From Shigella phage ESH35: 64,000 nucleotides of DNA. The translations under genes and the position numbers were made by a program. The stretch lies in the sequence record ON528745; one strand, written 5' to 3'. Below, piece by piece: positions 29,128-38,472 of the stretch; position 1 is the stretch's first letter, and each line of letters begins with the position of its first letter. The notes under the pieces were generated by a model, which worked only from the letters and a program-made list of their open reading frames with translations, was not told the DNA's origin and did not search any database.

Positions 29128-29385
29128 ATGGCTAGTACTCGCGGTTATGTTAATATCAAAACATTTGACCAAGCAGTTGATGGTGGTACAATTCAGGGTA
29201 AAGAAATTTCTGTAGCTTTCCCTCTTTATTCTGATGTTCACAAAATTTCTGGTGCTCATTATCAGACATTCCCTTCTGAAAAAGCAGCATATTCTACAGT
29301 ATATGAAGAAAATCAGCGTACTAAATGGATCACTGCTAATGAAGGTCTTTGGACTGTTACACCGACACCAGGTGTCGGTGGTTAA
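29128..29385 (+). CDS. soc: small outer capsid protein
   Basis: 85 aa; closely matches recalled T4 Soc. Confidence 0.8.
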   Translation: MASTRGYVNIKTFDQAVDGGTIQGKEISVAFPLYSDVHKISGAHYQTFPSEKAAYSTVYEENQRTKWITANEGLWTVTPTPGVGG

Positions 29386-29394
29386 ATAATTTAA

Positions 29395-29418
29395 GGAATC
29401 CTCCGGGATTCCTTTTTT
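29395..29418 (+). terminator. rho-independent terminator after soc
   Basis: GGAATCC-tccg-GGATTCC then TTTTTT. Confidence 0.7.
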
Positions 29419-29428
29419 CATTTTATGG

Positions 29429-29457
29429 TTTACATGTCAAAATGAGTGTGGTATAAT
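29429..29457 (+). promoter_or_regulatory. T4-type early promoter
   Basis: TTTACA, 17 bp, TGgTATAAT. Confidence 0.6.
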
Positions 29458-29483
29458 AAAAATATCTTATAGAGGAGAACACT

Positions 29484-29696
29484 ATGTTAAATCGTTGGAT
29501 TAAACCAAATGAAGACCTCCAGAAGGTTCTTGATAAAGCTATCGCTGATAAATGGGGTATGAAAAGCTGGGATTGTGATGTCGTCACGCATTCATTCATG
29601 ATGCACGCAGATGGTTCAGTCGAGTTCAATGCTGAAATGCGATATACTGACTGGGGTGGATTTCAAAGAGTCGAATTTCAAAGAGGATTTTTGTGA
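29484..29696 (+). CDS. hypothetical protein (70 aa)
   Basis: ATG with AGAGGAG SD. Confidence 0.45.
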   Translation: MLNRWIKPNEDLQKVLDKAIADKWGMKSWDCDVVTHSFMMHADGSVEFNAEMRYTDWGGFQRVEFQRGFL

Positions 29697-30037
29697 TGTT
29701 TATCTTTAATTGGTTTAAAAGTTTCTTTACGGATTTTTTCTCTACGACTCCTGGGGAAGGTGTAGTTCCTATTTCAAATGACTACCTCCCTTTAACTGTA
29801 GTTGAATATGTTTATATGGGAGATGGAACAGTAGAAGCAGTTACTATGACTTATGAAGAAGCCCAAGAATATTATAAAAATCCTTGGCGCTGGTCAACAC
29901 CTACTACATCATCTAATACGCAGAATACACAGTCTAGTTCTGATTCATATGACACTAATGTTCCTGTTCATGTATGGACGGGCGATTCGTGTGGAAGTTC
30001 TTGCGATTCTAGTTGTTCATCTACATCATGCGATTGA
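29696..30037 (+). CDS. hypothetical protein with Ser/Cys-rich C-terminal tail
   Basis: hydrophobic N-terminus; C-terminus [18 protein letters not shown]. Confidence 0.45.
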   Translation: MFIFNWFKSFFTDFFSTTPGEGVVPISNDYLPLTVVEYVYMGDGTVEAVTMTYEEAQEYYKNPWRWSTPTTSSNTQNTQSSSDSYDTNVPVHVWTGDSCGSSCDSSCSSTSCD

Positions 30038-30045
30038 GGAAAAAT

Positions 30046-30531
30046 ATGGAAGCGATTTTGTTTGAAATGTATATTAGCAGTAATAGCATGTCGTTTGCTA
30101 AAGACGTTCCAATTACCGTAGCAGTAATGATTGATAAGGGTTATTGTGACCCAATGTATCTCGTAGAAAATTTTGTTTCAATGCCAGTTCCAGAAGATGC
30201 TGAAATAAAACTTAAAAAGATTGGTATTATTGAAACTGTACCAAATATTCCGTTTAGAGCAATTGAAGCATTTACTAAATCTGAATACATTAATGTTAGC
30301 ACAGAACATTATAATGATAAACCTTTATCTTTCTATTCGTATGATTCAGTATATAGTTGGAAAATAGATAAAGGAAATAAATTTATAATTGTGAGTGAAG
30401 ATGCTTTATCATACTTTATTTCTTCTGTATGGAATAGTTTACATCCAAATTTGCTAAAAATTCATGAATTTGATGATGCTCCTACTGTTGTTTTAGGTAA
30501 AACAAATGAAAGTTCTGAAGAAAATGTTTGA
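30046..30531 (+). CDS. hypothetical protein (161 aa)
   Basis: internal ATG of track ORF with GAGGA SD. Confidence 0.45.
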   Translation: MEAILFEMYISSNSMSFAKDVPITVAVMIDKGYCDPMYLVENFVSMPVPEDAEIKLKKIGIIETVPNIPFRAIEAFTKSEYINVSTEHYNDKPLSFYSYDSVYSWKIDKGNKFIIVSEDALSYFISSVWNSLHPNLLKIHEFDDAPTVVLGKTNESSEENV

Positions 30532-30709
30532 ATGGTTCAATAGACCAAACTCAATGTACATTGATGATGGTTGGGTTGAACAAGCAAATAAAGAAATGCA
30601 GAACGAGTCAGAAGAATGGATGAAATCAATGATTAGTGCTGAGAAAGAAAAGAAATTAGAACGCTCAGCGCTTAAATTGATGAGAGACATCTATGGTGAT
30701 AAATCATGA
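30524..30709 (+). CDS. hypothetical small protein (61 aa)
   Basis: internal ATG overlapping previous stop. Confidence 0.35.
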   Translation: MFEWFNRPNSMYIDDGWVEQANKEMQNESEEWMKSMISAEKEKKLERSALKLMRDIYGDKS

Positions 30710-30870
30710 CCAAAGATATGACGTTAGAAGAGGCTAAAGCTAAAGCAAATGAAGCCTTGGATTTGCTTCTTAAAATTGGCAGTAAAATGATGGAAGAAAA
30801 TGAGAAGTATATCCAGGAAAATAAAATTCCTGACGGTCCATTAGTAGGCAAAAGGAAATCACATGATTGA
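30706..30870 (+). CDS. hypothetical small protein (54 aa)
   Basis: ATGA overlaps at both ends. Confidence 0.3.
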   Translation: MTKDMTLEEAKAKANEALDLLLKIGSKMMEENEKYIQENKIPDGPLVGKRKSHD

Positions 30871-31333
30871 AGTAGCAAAATTATATTCAATAGAATTTAT
30901 GTCCAAAGAAGGTAAATCAGTAAATACACTTGATAAAAAATGCTCATTGATTATTCCTTTAGCAGAAAATCCGGATTTTTTAATTAAAGATATAAAAGAA
31001 AGAAAATATCCAGAAAATGTTATTCTAATTATAAAGCATACTGAAGATATTTTGCAGAATACTGATTCACCGTTTTCTTCTTCTGAAGCTTTAACTATTA
31101 AAGGCTATAAAAGAGCTCATGAATATGGTCTTTTTGACCTGTTTGAAGATGATAAAGTTAAATTAGCGAGTCAGCCTTTTAAAAGTAAAACATTCATTAT
31201 TGAAGATATTAAAGATATAAATGCATTTGTTAAGATGGTCTGGGCTCATTTTGATGTTGGACTACGCTGGAGAATGTCCGAAGAAGAAAGAAAGATTATT
31301 GAAGCTAATCGTCAATTTGGTTTTTATCGCTAG
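30863..31333 (+). CDS. hypothetical protein (156 aa)
   Basis: ATG ORF; sits where T4 mrh lies relative to modB, identity not established. Confidence 0.45.
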   Translation: MIEVAKLYSIEFMSKEGKSVNTLDKKCSLIIPLAENPDFLIKDIKERKYPENVILIIKHTEDILQNTDSPFSSSEALTIKGYKRAHEYGLFDLFEDDKVKLASQPFKSKTFIIEDIKDINAFVKMVWAHFDVGLRWRMSEEERKIIEANRQFGFYR

Positions 31334-31341
31334 GAATTAAT

Positions 31342-31524
31342 ATGGATTTATTTGAGATGTTAGAAGATAATCATTCTACGAATATCCAGAATGATTCTAG
31401 TGATTATAAGAAAGAGTACCGTATAGTATTACAGAATTATGGAATTGAAGCCCCAGATGCTCTTCTAGAAGAACTAGCTTCATACCATCTTGACCCTCCG
31501 CCTTGGGCTCCCTGGGCAAAATAA
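31342..31524 (+). CDS. hypothetical small acidic protein (60 aa)
   Basis: ATG ORF. Confidence 0.35.
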   Translation: MDLFEMLEDNHSTNIQNDSSDYKKEYRIVLQNYGIEAPDALLEELASYHLDPPPWAPWAK

Positions 31525-31536
31525 TTCAAAAAGTTG

Positions 31537-31565
31537 TTTACTTTCCTTTCTAACGATGATATGAT
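31537..31565 (+). promoter_or_regulatory. early-promoter-like element upstream of modB
   Basis: TTTACT, 17 bp, TATGAT. Confidence 0.4.
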
Positions 31566-31591
31566 AGCTTCTGAAGTATACGGAGGCTATC

Positions 31592-32215
31592 ATGATTATT
31601 AATCTTGCAGATGTTGAACAGTTATCTATAAAAGCTGAAAGCGTTGATTTTCAATATGATATGTATAAAAAGGTCTGTGAAAAATTTACTGACTTTGAAC
31701 AGTCAATTCTTTGGCAATGTATGGAAGCCAAAAAGAATGAAGCTCTTCATAGGCAGTTGAATAAAATCATTAAAAAGCATTTAACTAAATCACCTTATCA
31801 GTTATATCGTGGTATATCAAAATCGACAAAAGAACTCATTAAAGATTTACAAGTTGGAGAAGTGTTTTCAACGAACAGGGTAGATTCATTTACTACTAGT
31901 TTGCACACAGCATGTGGTTTTTCTTATGTTGAGTATTTCACTGAAATAATATTTCGCTTAAAAACTGATAAAGCTTTTAATTATTCTGACCATATCAGCG
32001 ATATTATACTTTCTTCTCCTAATACTGAGTTTAAGTACACGTATGAAGATACTGGTGGGCTAGATTCAGAGCGTACTGATAACTTAATGATGATTGTGCG
32101 TGAACAAGAATGGATGATTCCAATTGGAAAGTATAGAATAACTTCTATTTCAAAAGAAAAATTACACGATTCATTTGGAACATTTAAAGTGTATGATATT
32201 GAGGTAGTTGAATGA
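31592..32215 (+). CDS. modB: ADP-ribosyltransferase (ModB-like)
   Basis: 207 aa; R...S-T...E catalytic triad pattern; paralogue of next gene. Confidence 0.65.
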   Translation: MIINLADVEQLSIKAESVDFQYDMYKKVCEKFTDFEQSILWQCMEAKKNEALHRQLNKIIKKHLTKSPYQLYRGISKSTKELIKDLQVGEVFSTNRVDSFTTSLHTACGFSYVEYFTEIIFRLKTDKAFNYSDHISDIILSSPNTEFKYTYEDTGGLDSERTDNLMMIVREQEWMIPIGKYRITSISKEKLHDSFGTFKVYDIEVVE

Positions 32216-32814
32216 AATATTCAGCAATGCAATTAAAAGATTTTAAAATCAAATCAATGGATGCATCTGTGCGTGCTTCTATTCGTGAAGAATTACTTTC
32301 CGAAGGATTTAATTTATCTGAAATTGAACTTTTAATTCATTGTATTACTAATAAACCAGACGATCATTCTTGGTTAAATGAAATAGTCAAATCTCGTTTG
32401 GTTCCAAACGATAAACCTCTTTGGAGAGGTGTTCCAGTTGAGACTAAACAGGTGTTAAATCAAGGAATTGATATTATTACATTTGATAAAGTAGTATCAG
32501 CTTCATATGATAAAAATATAGCTCTACATTTTGCTTCTGGATTAGAATACAACACACAAGTTATTTTTGAATTCAAAGCTCCTATGGTGTTTAATTTCCA
32601 GGAGTATGCTATAAAAGCTTTACGTTGTAAAGAATATAGTCCGAGTTTTAAGTTTCCGGATAGCCATCGCTATCGTAATATGGAATTAGTTTCAGATGAA
32701 CAAGAAGTAATGATACCAGCTGGAAGTGTATTTAGAATTGCGGATAGATACGAGTATAAAAAGTATTCAACATACACTATCTATACTCTTGATTTTGAAG
32801 GATTTAATCTATAA
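32212..32814 (+). CDS. modA: ADP-ribosyltransferase (ModA-like)
   Basis: 200 aa; same triad pattern; ATGA overlap with modB. Confidence 0.65.
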   Translation: MKYSAMQLKDFKIKSMDASVRASIREELLSEGFNLSEIELLIHCITNKPDDHSWLNEIVKSRLVPNDKPLWRGVPVETKQVLNQGIDIITFDKVVSASYDKNIALHFASGLEYNTQVIFEFKAPMVFNFQEYAIKALRCKEYSPSFKFPDSHRYRNMELVSDEQEVMIPAGSVFRIADRYEYKKYSTYTIYTLDFEGFNL

Positions 32815-32871
32815 TGGAAGGACTTAGATTCATTATACCATGAAAGTTTTAAAGCATTTTTCATAAAGTTG

Positions 32872-32900
32872 TTTACAAGCCAAGGTAAAAATGTTATAGT
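32872..32900 (+). promoter_or_regulatory. T4-type early promoter
   Basis: TTTACA, 17 bp, TATAGT. Confidence 0.5.
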
Positions 32901-32930
32901 ATAAGTAGTTAACCCGTCCGTGAGAAAAAT

Positions 32931-33677
32931 ATGAAACTGTCTAAAAATCAAATTCGTAAAATTACACGTCGTCTAGAGCACACTCAGGCATCTGCTAAAA
33001 GACGTTCTAAAGATTTTAACTTAGACTTCAATTACATTAAGAACATTTTAGATCAGAAAGTTTGCGCTTACTCAGGAGAACCTTTTGATAATCGTATTGA
33101 AGGAGAGAAATTATCATTAGAACGTTTTGATAATAACGTTGGATACATTAAAGGGAATGTTATTGCAGTAAAGAAAAAGTACAATACATTTCGTTCTGAT
33201 TATACTTTAGAAGAGTTGATTGAAAAACGGGATTTATTTGCTTTGCGAATTGGTCGTTCATCTGCGAAAAAAGTTCATAAACTAAATTTAGATGAAAAGA
33301 AATGGGCTAAAATCAAAAAGACTTATAATCAAATTAAAGCTATACAGAAAAAACGTGAAAATCGAATTGAACACATTTCTCAGCTTTCTAAATCAAAACA
33401 GACCTCTGACATTAAGCTAAGGATTATAGCACTTAAAGCTCGTATTGATGGTTCTCGCATAGCAGAAGGCGCTGAAGTTGTTAAACTGAACGTTCTTCTT
33501 AAAGGCTCGGATTGGAAAATTGTGAAAAAGTTGTCAGAAGCAGAAATGCAATATGATATGTGTGATAAAATTATTCAAGGTGTAGAGCGGTATCAAAACT
33601 TGTCTTTTATTGATAAACTTAAACTGAAAAGAGGATACCCGCTAAATTGTTCAATTTTTAAACTTATCCGAGGATAA
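32931..33677 (+). CDS. basic protein (248 aa) at the T4 srd position
   Basis: size and synteny only. Confidence 0.45.
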   Translation: MKLSKNQIRKITRRLEHTQASAKRRSKDFNLDFNYIKNILDQKVCAYSGEPFDNRIEGEKLSLERFDNNVGYIKGNVIAVKKKYNTFRSDYTLEELIEKRDLFALRIGRSSAKKVHKLNLDEKKWAKIKKTYNQIKAIQKKRENRIEHISQLSKSKQTSDIKLRIIALKARIDGSRIAEGAEVVKLNVLLKGSDWKIVKKLSEAEMQYDMCDKIIQGVERYQNLSFIDKLKLKRGYPLNCSIFKLIRG

Positions 33678-33678
33678 T

Positions 33679-33990
33679 ATGGTTTATGTATATGCGATAG
33701 TTTACCGAGACAAAGACGGATTTACGGCGCCAGTTCCACTTGATGAACATCGTCCTGCTGTGTTTTTTGAAAGAGAGATTGCTGATAGAGTTTTTACTAC
33801 TCTCAAAGACCAATATAAACTAGCTTTAGGTATGGGAATTCCAAGACTAGTTGAGACTCCACGCAAGTTTTGGTTTAATAAAATAGAAGTTAAACATGTT
33901 AAGCCTGATGTAGATACACAAAGATTATATCAACGAATTCTAGATACTGGGCGTATTGTTAGTATTCCAATTGCAGGGACTTTCCGATGA
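33679..33990 (+). CDS. hypothetical protein (103 aa)
   Basis: ATG ORF overlapping dda start. Confidence 0.45.
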   Translation: MVYVYAIVYRDKDGFTAPVPLDEHRPAVFFEREIADRVFTTLKDQYKLALGMGIPRLVETPRKFWFNKIEVKHVKPDVDTQRLYQRILDTGRIVSIPIAGTFR

Positions 33991-35306
33991 CATTTGATGA
34001 TTTGACAGAAGGCCAGAAAAACGCCTTTAACATCGTTATGAGGGCTATTAAAGAAAAGAAACATCATGTAACTATTAATGGACCTGCTGGTACTGGTAAG
34101 ACTACTCTTACTAAGTTCATCATTGAAGCTTTAATATCAACAGGCGAAACTGGTATCATTTTGGCAGCTCCTACACATGCAGCTAAAAAGATTCTTTCAA
34201 AACTGTCGGGGAAAGAAGCGAGTACTATTCACAGCATTCTTAAAATTAACCCGGTAACATATGAAGAAAATGTTCTTTTTGAACAGAAGGAAGTACCAGA
34301 TTTAGCTAAATGCAGGGTATTAATCTGCGATGAAGTGTCAATGTATGATAGAAAGCTATTTAAAATTCTGCTTTCAACTATTCCACCTTGGTGTACTATA
34401 ATTGGAATAGGGGATAATAAGCAAATTAGACCTGTTGATCCAGGAGAAAATACTGCTTATATCAGTCCATTCTTTACACACAAAGATTTTTATCAGTGTG
34501 AACTTACTGAAGTTAAACGCAGTAATGCTCCTATTATTGATGTAGCTACTGATGTTCGTAACGGTAAGTGGATTTATGATAAAGTTGTTGACGGGCATGG
34601 AGTACGTGGATTTACTGGTGATACCGCTTTACGCGATTTTATGGTAAATTATTTTTCAATCGTCAAATCGCTAGATGATTTGTTTGAAAATCGCGTAATG
34701 GCATTTACGAATAAATCTGTTGACAAGTTAAACAATATTATTCGCAAAAAGATTTTTGAAACTGATAAAGATTTTATTGTCGGTGAAATTATTGTAATGC
34801 AAGAACCGTTAATTAAAACATATAAAATTGATGGAAAGCCTGTATCAGAAATTATTTTTAATAACGGACAATTAGTTCGTATTATAGAAGCAGAGTATAC
34901 ATCGACGTTTGTTAAAGCTCGTGGTGTTCCTGGAGAATATCTAATTCGTCATTGGGATTTAACAGTAGAAACTTACGGTGATGATGAATATTATCGTGAA
35001 AAGATTAAAATAATTTCATCTGATGAAGAGTTATATAAGTTTAACCTATTTTTAGGTAAAACGGCAGAAACTTATAAAAATTGGAACAAAGGCGGAAAAG
35101 CTCCGTGGAGTGATTTTTGGGATGCTAAATCACAGTTCAGTAAAGTGAAAGCACTTCCTGCATCAACATTCCATAAAGCTCAGGGTATGTCTGTAGACCG
35201 TGCTTTCATTTATACGCCTTGTATTCATTATGCAGATGCTGAATTAGCTCAACAACTTCTTTATGTTGGTGTTACCCGTGGTCGTTATGACGTATTTTAT
35301 GTGTGA
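33987..35306 (+). CDS. dda: SF1 DNA helicase Dda
   Basis: 439 aa; Walker A GPAGTGKTT; matches recalled T4 Dda. Confidence 0.92.
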   Translation: MTFDDLTEGQKNAFNIVMRAIKEKKHHVTINGPAGTGKTTLTKFIIEALISTGETGIILAAPTHAAKKILSKLSGKEASTIHSILKINPVTYEENVLFEQKEVPDLAKCRVLICDEVSMYDRKLFKILLSTIPPWCTIIGIGDNKQIRPVDPGENTAYISPFFTHKDFYQCELTEVKRSNAPIIDVATDVRNGKWIYDKVVDGHGVRGFTGDTALRDFMVNYFSIVKSLDDLFENRVMAFTNKSVDKLNNIIRKKIFETDKDFIVGEIIVMQEPLIKTYKIDGKPVSEIIFNNGQLVRIIEAEYTSTFVKARGVPGEYLIRHWDLTVETYGDDEYYREKIKIISSDEELYKFNLFLGKTAETYKNWNKGGKAPWSDFWDAKSQFSKVKALPASTFHKAQGMSVDRAFIYTPCIHYADAELAQQLLYVGVTRGRYDVFYV

Positions 35307-35312
35307 GGATAT

Positions 35313-35573
35313 ATGATTAACATCAATTCAAAATATTTAAATCGTCTAATAGATGGTATAAGGAAGCATACTAATAAGCAAGATAATCTCGATGTTATGG
35401 TAACAGGAGCTGAGCTCCTTCATAAGCTTTATCTTATAAGTGATACTATATTAGCAATTAAACGAATTGAAAAACAATCATATCACAGTAATACAGATAC
35501 GGTAATTACACTAGATGAAAGTGTCTGTAAATTACTAATTAAATTTGAGGAAGCTATTCGTGGAAATAACTAA
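35313..35573 (+). CDS. hypothetical protein (86 aa)
   Basis: ATG ORF. Confidence 0.45.
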   Translation: MININSKYLNRLIDGIRKHTNKQDNLDVMVTGAELLHKLYLISDTILAIKRIEKQSYHSNTDTVITLDESVCKLLIKFEEAIRGNN

Positions 35574-35805
35574 AGACCAGTTTTATCTGCTTCAAGATAA
35601 AGTGAGCGAAATTTATGAAATAGCTTATAGTAAAAATCGTAGAAATGTAAAAATTGAATCTGGCAAGTTAATGCTTCAATTAGAAGAAATTGAACGAGAT
35701 TTAATTGCGTTAGAATTCTTTTGTGGTGAAGTGAAAACTGTTACAATCAGTGATTATGTTTTAGGCGAAATTAGCCATCTTTATAAGGCGATTATTAATG
35801 ATTGA
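35545..35805 (+). CDS. hypothetical protein (86 aa), paralogue of 35798..36040
   Basis: shared C-terminal motif (TISDYVLGEISHLYKAI vs YIQDYTVGQIRDLARKV); start uncertain. Confidence 0.4.
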   Translation: MRKLFVEITKDQFYLLQDKVSEIYEIAYSKNRRNVKIESGKLMLQLEEIERDLIALEFFCGEVKTVTISDYVLGEISHLYKAIIND

Positions 35806-36040
35806 ATTAAGTTGGTATCAGTTTAAATCTCTTATGGCAAATGTTAAAGCTGTCATTGAAGAAAATCCAGGACCTGAAAATGTAACTATTCGTGAAAAAG
35901 CTTCAAAGATAGTATACAGTCTTGAAGAGATGCAAAAAGATATTGAATCTATGGCAAAATTTATTGATGAGCCCATTAATAAAGTTTATATCCAAGATTA
36001 TACTGTAGGTCAAATTCGCGATTTAGCGAGGAAAGTTTAA
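35798..36040 (+). CDS. hypothetical protein (80 aa), paralogue of previous ORF
   Basis: ATG ORF; ATGA overlap with dexA. Confidence 0.45.
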   Translation: MIELSWYQFKSLMANVKAVIEENPGPENVTIREKASKIVYSLEEMQKDIESMAKFIDEPINKVYIQDYTVGQIRDLARKV

Positions 36041-36723
36041 TGTTTGATTTTATTATAGATTTTGAAACGATGGGAAGCGGTGAAAAAGCAGCTGTTATTG
36101 ATTTGGCTGTAATTGCTTTTGACCCTAACCCGGAAGTTGTTGAAACATTCGATGAACTAGTTTCACGTGGCATTAAAATTAAATTTGACTTAAAAAGTCA
36201 AAAAGGACATCGTCTTTTTACTAAAAGCACTATCGAATGGTGGAAGAATCAATCTCCTGAAGCTAGAAAAAATATTGCACCATCAGATGAAGATGTAAGC
36301 ACTATCGATGGTATTGCAAAATTCAATGATTACATCAATGCACATAACATCGATCCTTGGAAATCTCAAGGTTGGTGCCGTGGAATGTCGTTTGATTTTC
36401 CAATTTTAGTCGATCTCATTCGCGATATTCAACGTCTTAACGGCGTTTCCGAGAATGAGCTTGATACATTTAAGTTAGAACCGTGTAAATTCTGGAATCA
36501 ACGCGACATTCGTACTAGAATTGAAGCACTTCTCCTTGTTCGTGATATGACCACTTGTCCTCTTCCAAAGGGAACTTTAGATGGATTCGTTGCACATGAT
36601 TCTATTCATGACTGTGCGAAAGACATCCTGATGATGAAGTATGCTTTGCGATACGCTATGGGTCTTGAAGATGCTCCGTCAGAGGAAGAGTGCGATCCTC
36701 TGTCTCTTCCAACAAAACGATAA
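36040..36723 (+). CDS. dexA: exonuclease A
   Basis: 227 aa; DEDD-type motif FETMG near N-terminus. Confidence 0.85.
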   Translation: MFDFIIDFETMGSGEKAAVIDLAVIAFDPNPEVVETFDELVSRGIKIKFDLKSQKGHRLFTKSTIEWWKNQSPEARKNIAPSDEDVSTIDGIAKFNDYINAHNIDPWKSQGWCRGMSFDFPILVDLIRDIQRLNGVSENELDTFKLEPCKFWNQRDIRTRIEALLLVRDMTTCPLPKGTLDGFVAHDSIHDCAKDILMMKYALRYAMGLEDAPSEEECDPLSLPTKR

Positions 36724-36730
36724 AAAGTTG

Positions 36731-36759
36731 TTTACTTCCTCGGTTAGTTGTGGTATTAT
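36731..36759 (+). promoter_or_regulatory. T4-type early promoter
   Basis: TTTACT, 17 bp, TGgTATTAT. Confidence 0.55.
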
Positions 36760-36786
36760 AACACCATAGCTACTGAGGATAATAAA

Positions 36787-37299
36787 ATGAAAATTTATCG
36801 TGTTGAATCATCGTTTAGCGCATTAAATGATGATAGTGGTATAATGAAAATTAGGCAAGAGTTATGTGTTCAATCAACTCCTTATCGTGGATTTGATTCT
36901 ATGAAAACTCGAACTTGGCTAAAATTTTGCGGTATTAATTCATCGTCATTTCATCATCATAGCGATAATTATGAAAGCCATGAAAGTATTCCTATTCCAC
37001 ACGATGATAAGTTATTAGTTGAAAATGCTAATGATGCTATTAAAACTAAATGGAATAAAGATTATTCACGAATTGAAAATTATATTCCATTGTGGTTTAT
37101 TGCATTATATCATTTTGCTTTCGCTAGTGAATATGATATAATGAGATGGTTTACTCGAGAAGAGCGTGAAGACTTAAAAGATCGTGGAATGTACATTGCG
37201 ATTTATGAAGTGCCAGATGATCAAGTTATCATTGGTGGGCATCAAGTAATGTTTCGCAAATCGCATGCCGAATTAAAAGGCTTTATTACCTTAGATTAA
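36787..37299 (+). CDS. hypothetical protein (170 aa) with His-rich segment
   Basis: internal ATG downstream of promoter; HHHSDNYESHESIPIPH. Confidence 0.45.
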   Translation: MKIYRVESSFSALNDDSGIMKIRQELCVQSTPYRGFDSMKTRTWLKFCGINSSSFHHHSDNYESHESIPIPHDDKLLVENANDAIKTKWNKDYSRIENYIPLWFIALYHFAFASEYDIMRWFTREEREDLKDRGMYIAIYEVPDDQVIIGGHQVMFRKSHAELKGFITLD

Positions 37300-37308
37300 A
37301 GGAAAATT

Positions 37309-37809
37309 ATGATTAAAATTAATACTACGTATCAAATGAAAAAACCATCTGAAATTGATTTCCAGACAATGTCGAATACGACTGATAGCAAGTTTTGGGA
37401 ACTTCTTGGTACAACTGGCGGATATCCTTTTACTGTTATTAGTGTTAATAGCGGAATTCTCATTGGTACAGTGTACATGGAAATTAGAAACTATTATGGA
37501 AGGGTATCATCATTCATCATCTATGAAGAAGATTTCAATTTATTGACAGAAATTGAAAAAGAAGAACAAGAAAAATCCCATATTGATATGGATTTAGTTT
37601 CTATGTATGTAACACCAGTTGAAAAAATTGAAGACCCGACTGATTTGTTGTGTAAGGCAGTTTATATTCGTCGTCCATTCGCGAATCCGATTGGCGGTTG
37701 GGTAACTGATCAGTGGATTGAAGATGGTGTTGAACTTCTGAACGTAGTTCATGCTGGAGAGTACTCTGTAGTTCCTCGCAGCGCAGTGATTAATGTTCGT
37801 GTAAGCTAG
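37309..37809 (+). CDS. hypothetical protein (166 aa), paralogue of 37883..38374
   Basis: shared C-terminal region (TDQWIEDGVELLNVVHAGEYSVVP vs TDQWVEDGVKLYNAVFLGTYKVIP). Confidence 0.5.
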   Translation: MIKINTTYQMKKPSEIDFQTMSNTTDSKFWELLGTTGGYPFTVISVNSGILIGTVYMEIRNYYGRVSSFIIYEEDFNLLTEIEKEEQEKSHIDMDLVSMYVTPVEKIEDPTDLLCKAVYIRRPFANPIGGWVTDQWIEDGVELLNVVHAGEYSVVPRSAVINVRVS

Positions 37810-37838
37810 TTTACAAACTCTTGGGATCAGAGTATAAT
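37810..37838 (+). promoter_or_regulatory. T4-type early promoter
   Basis: TTTACA, 17 bp, TATAAT. Confidence 0.6.
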
Positions 37839-37882
37839 GGTCCTGCGGAGTATAAAATCTTTTTAACAAGTGAGAGATAATT

Positions 37883-38374
37883 ATGAATATTAATATCGGT
37901 GAAATTGCTCGTGTATCTGATAAATCCCGTTCTAAAGCAGCAGGAAAATTGGTTGAAGTCGTAAGCATTCAGCTTAAACATGGTGTTAAAGATGAAGATT
38001 CTGAAGTAAAAGTGCGTATCATTCCTAAAGATGGAATGTCTAAACCTCAGTTTGGTTATGTTCGATGGAAATTTCTTGAGCCTGCGTTTTTGAAAGCTGT
38101 TCCCGCTAAAGGAATTGAAACGATTGATACTTCGCATGTAGGTGTAGACTTTAAGTGGAAACTTGGTCAAGCTATCAAGTTCGTTGCTCCTTATGAGTTT
38201 GAATTTACTGAAGGTGAGGAAGGTGTTGTTAACCGTACTCGCGCTATGTGTGCATACATTACTGATCAATGGGTAGAAGATGGCGTTAAGTTATACAACG
38301 CGGTATTTTTAGGAACATACAAAGTCATTCCTGAAAGTTGGATTAAACACTACAGCAAAGCTCGCTATGCATAA
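37883..38374 (+). CDS. hypothetical protein (163 aa), paralogue of 37309..37809
   Basis: see previous ORF. Confidence 0.5.
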   Translation: MNINIGEIARVSDKSRSKAAGKLVEVVSIQLKHGVKDEDSEVKVRIIPKDGMSKPQFGYVRWKFLEPAFLKAVPAKGIETIDTSHVGVDFKWKLGQAIKFVAPYEFEFTEGEEGVVNRTRAMCAYITDQWVEDGVKLYNAVFLGTYKVIPESWIKHYSKARYA

Positions 38375-38405
38375 AGTTTAATTTTTTTTTCATAAAACTA
38401 TATAC

Positions 38406-38448
38406 ATCAGTAGTTGATTATGGTACTATATCAATATCAACTACTGAT
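38406..38448. repeat. 13-bp perfect inverted repeat (ATCAGTAGTTGAT / ATCAACTACTGAT) flanking a -10-like TGGTACTAT
   Basis: read directly; right arm equals the leader of the early-promoter cassettes. Confidence 0.7.
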
Positions 38449-38472
38449 ACAGAAAACAACTTGGAGAATAAA

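Noticed and set aside
28748-29421. Minus-strand ORFs of 98 and 110 aa
   Set aside because: Antisense to dCTPase gene 56 and to soc, both well-supported genes.
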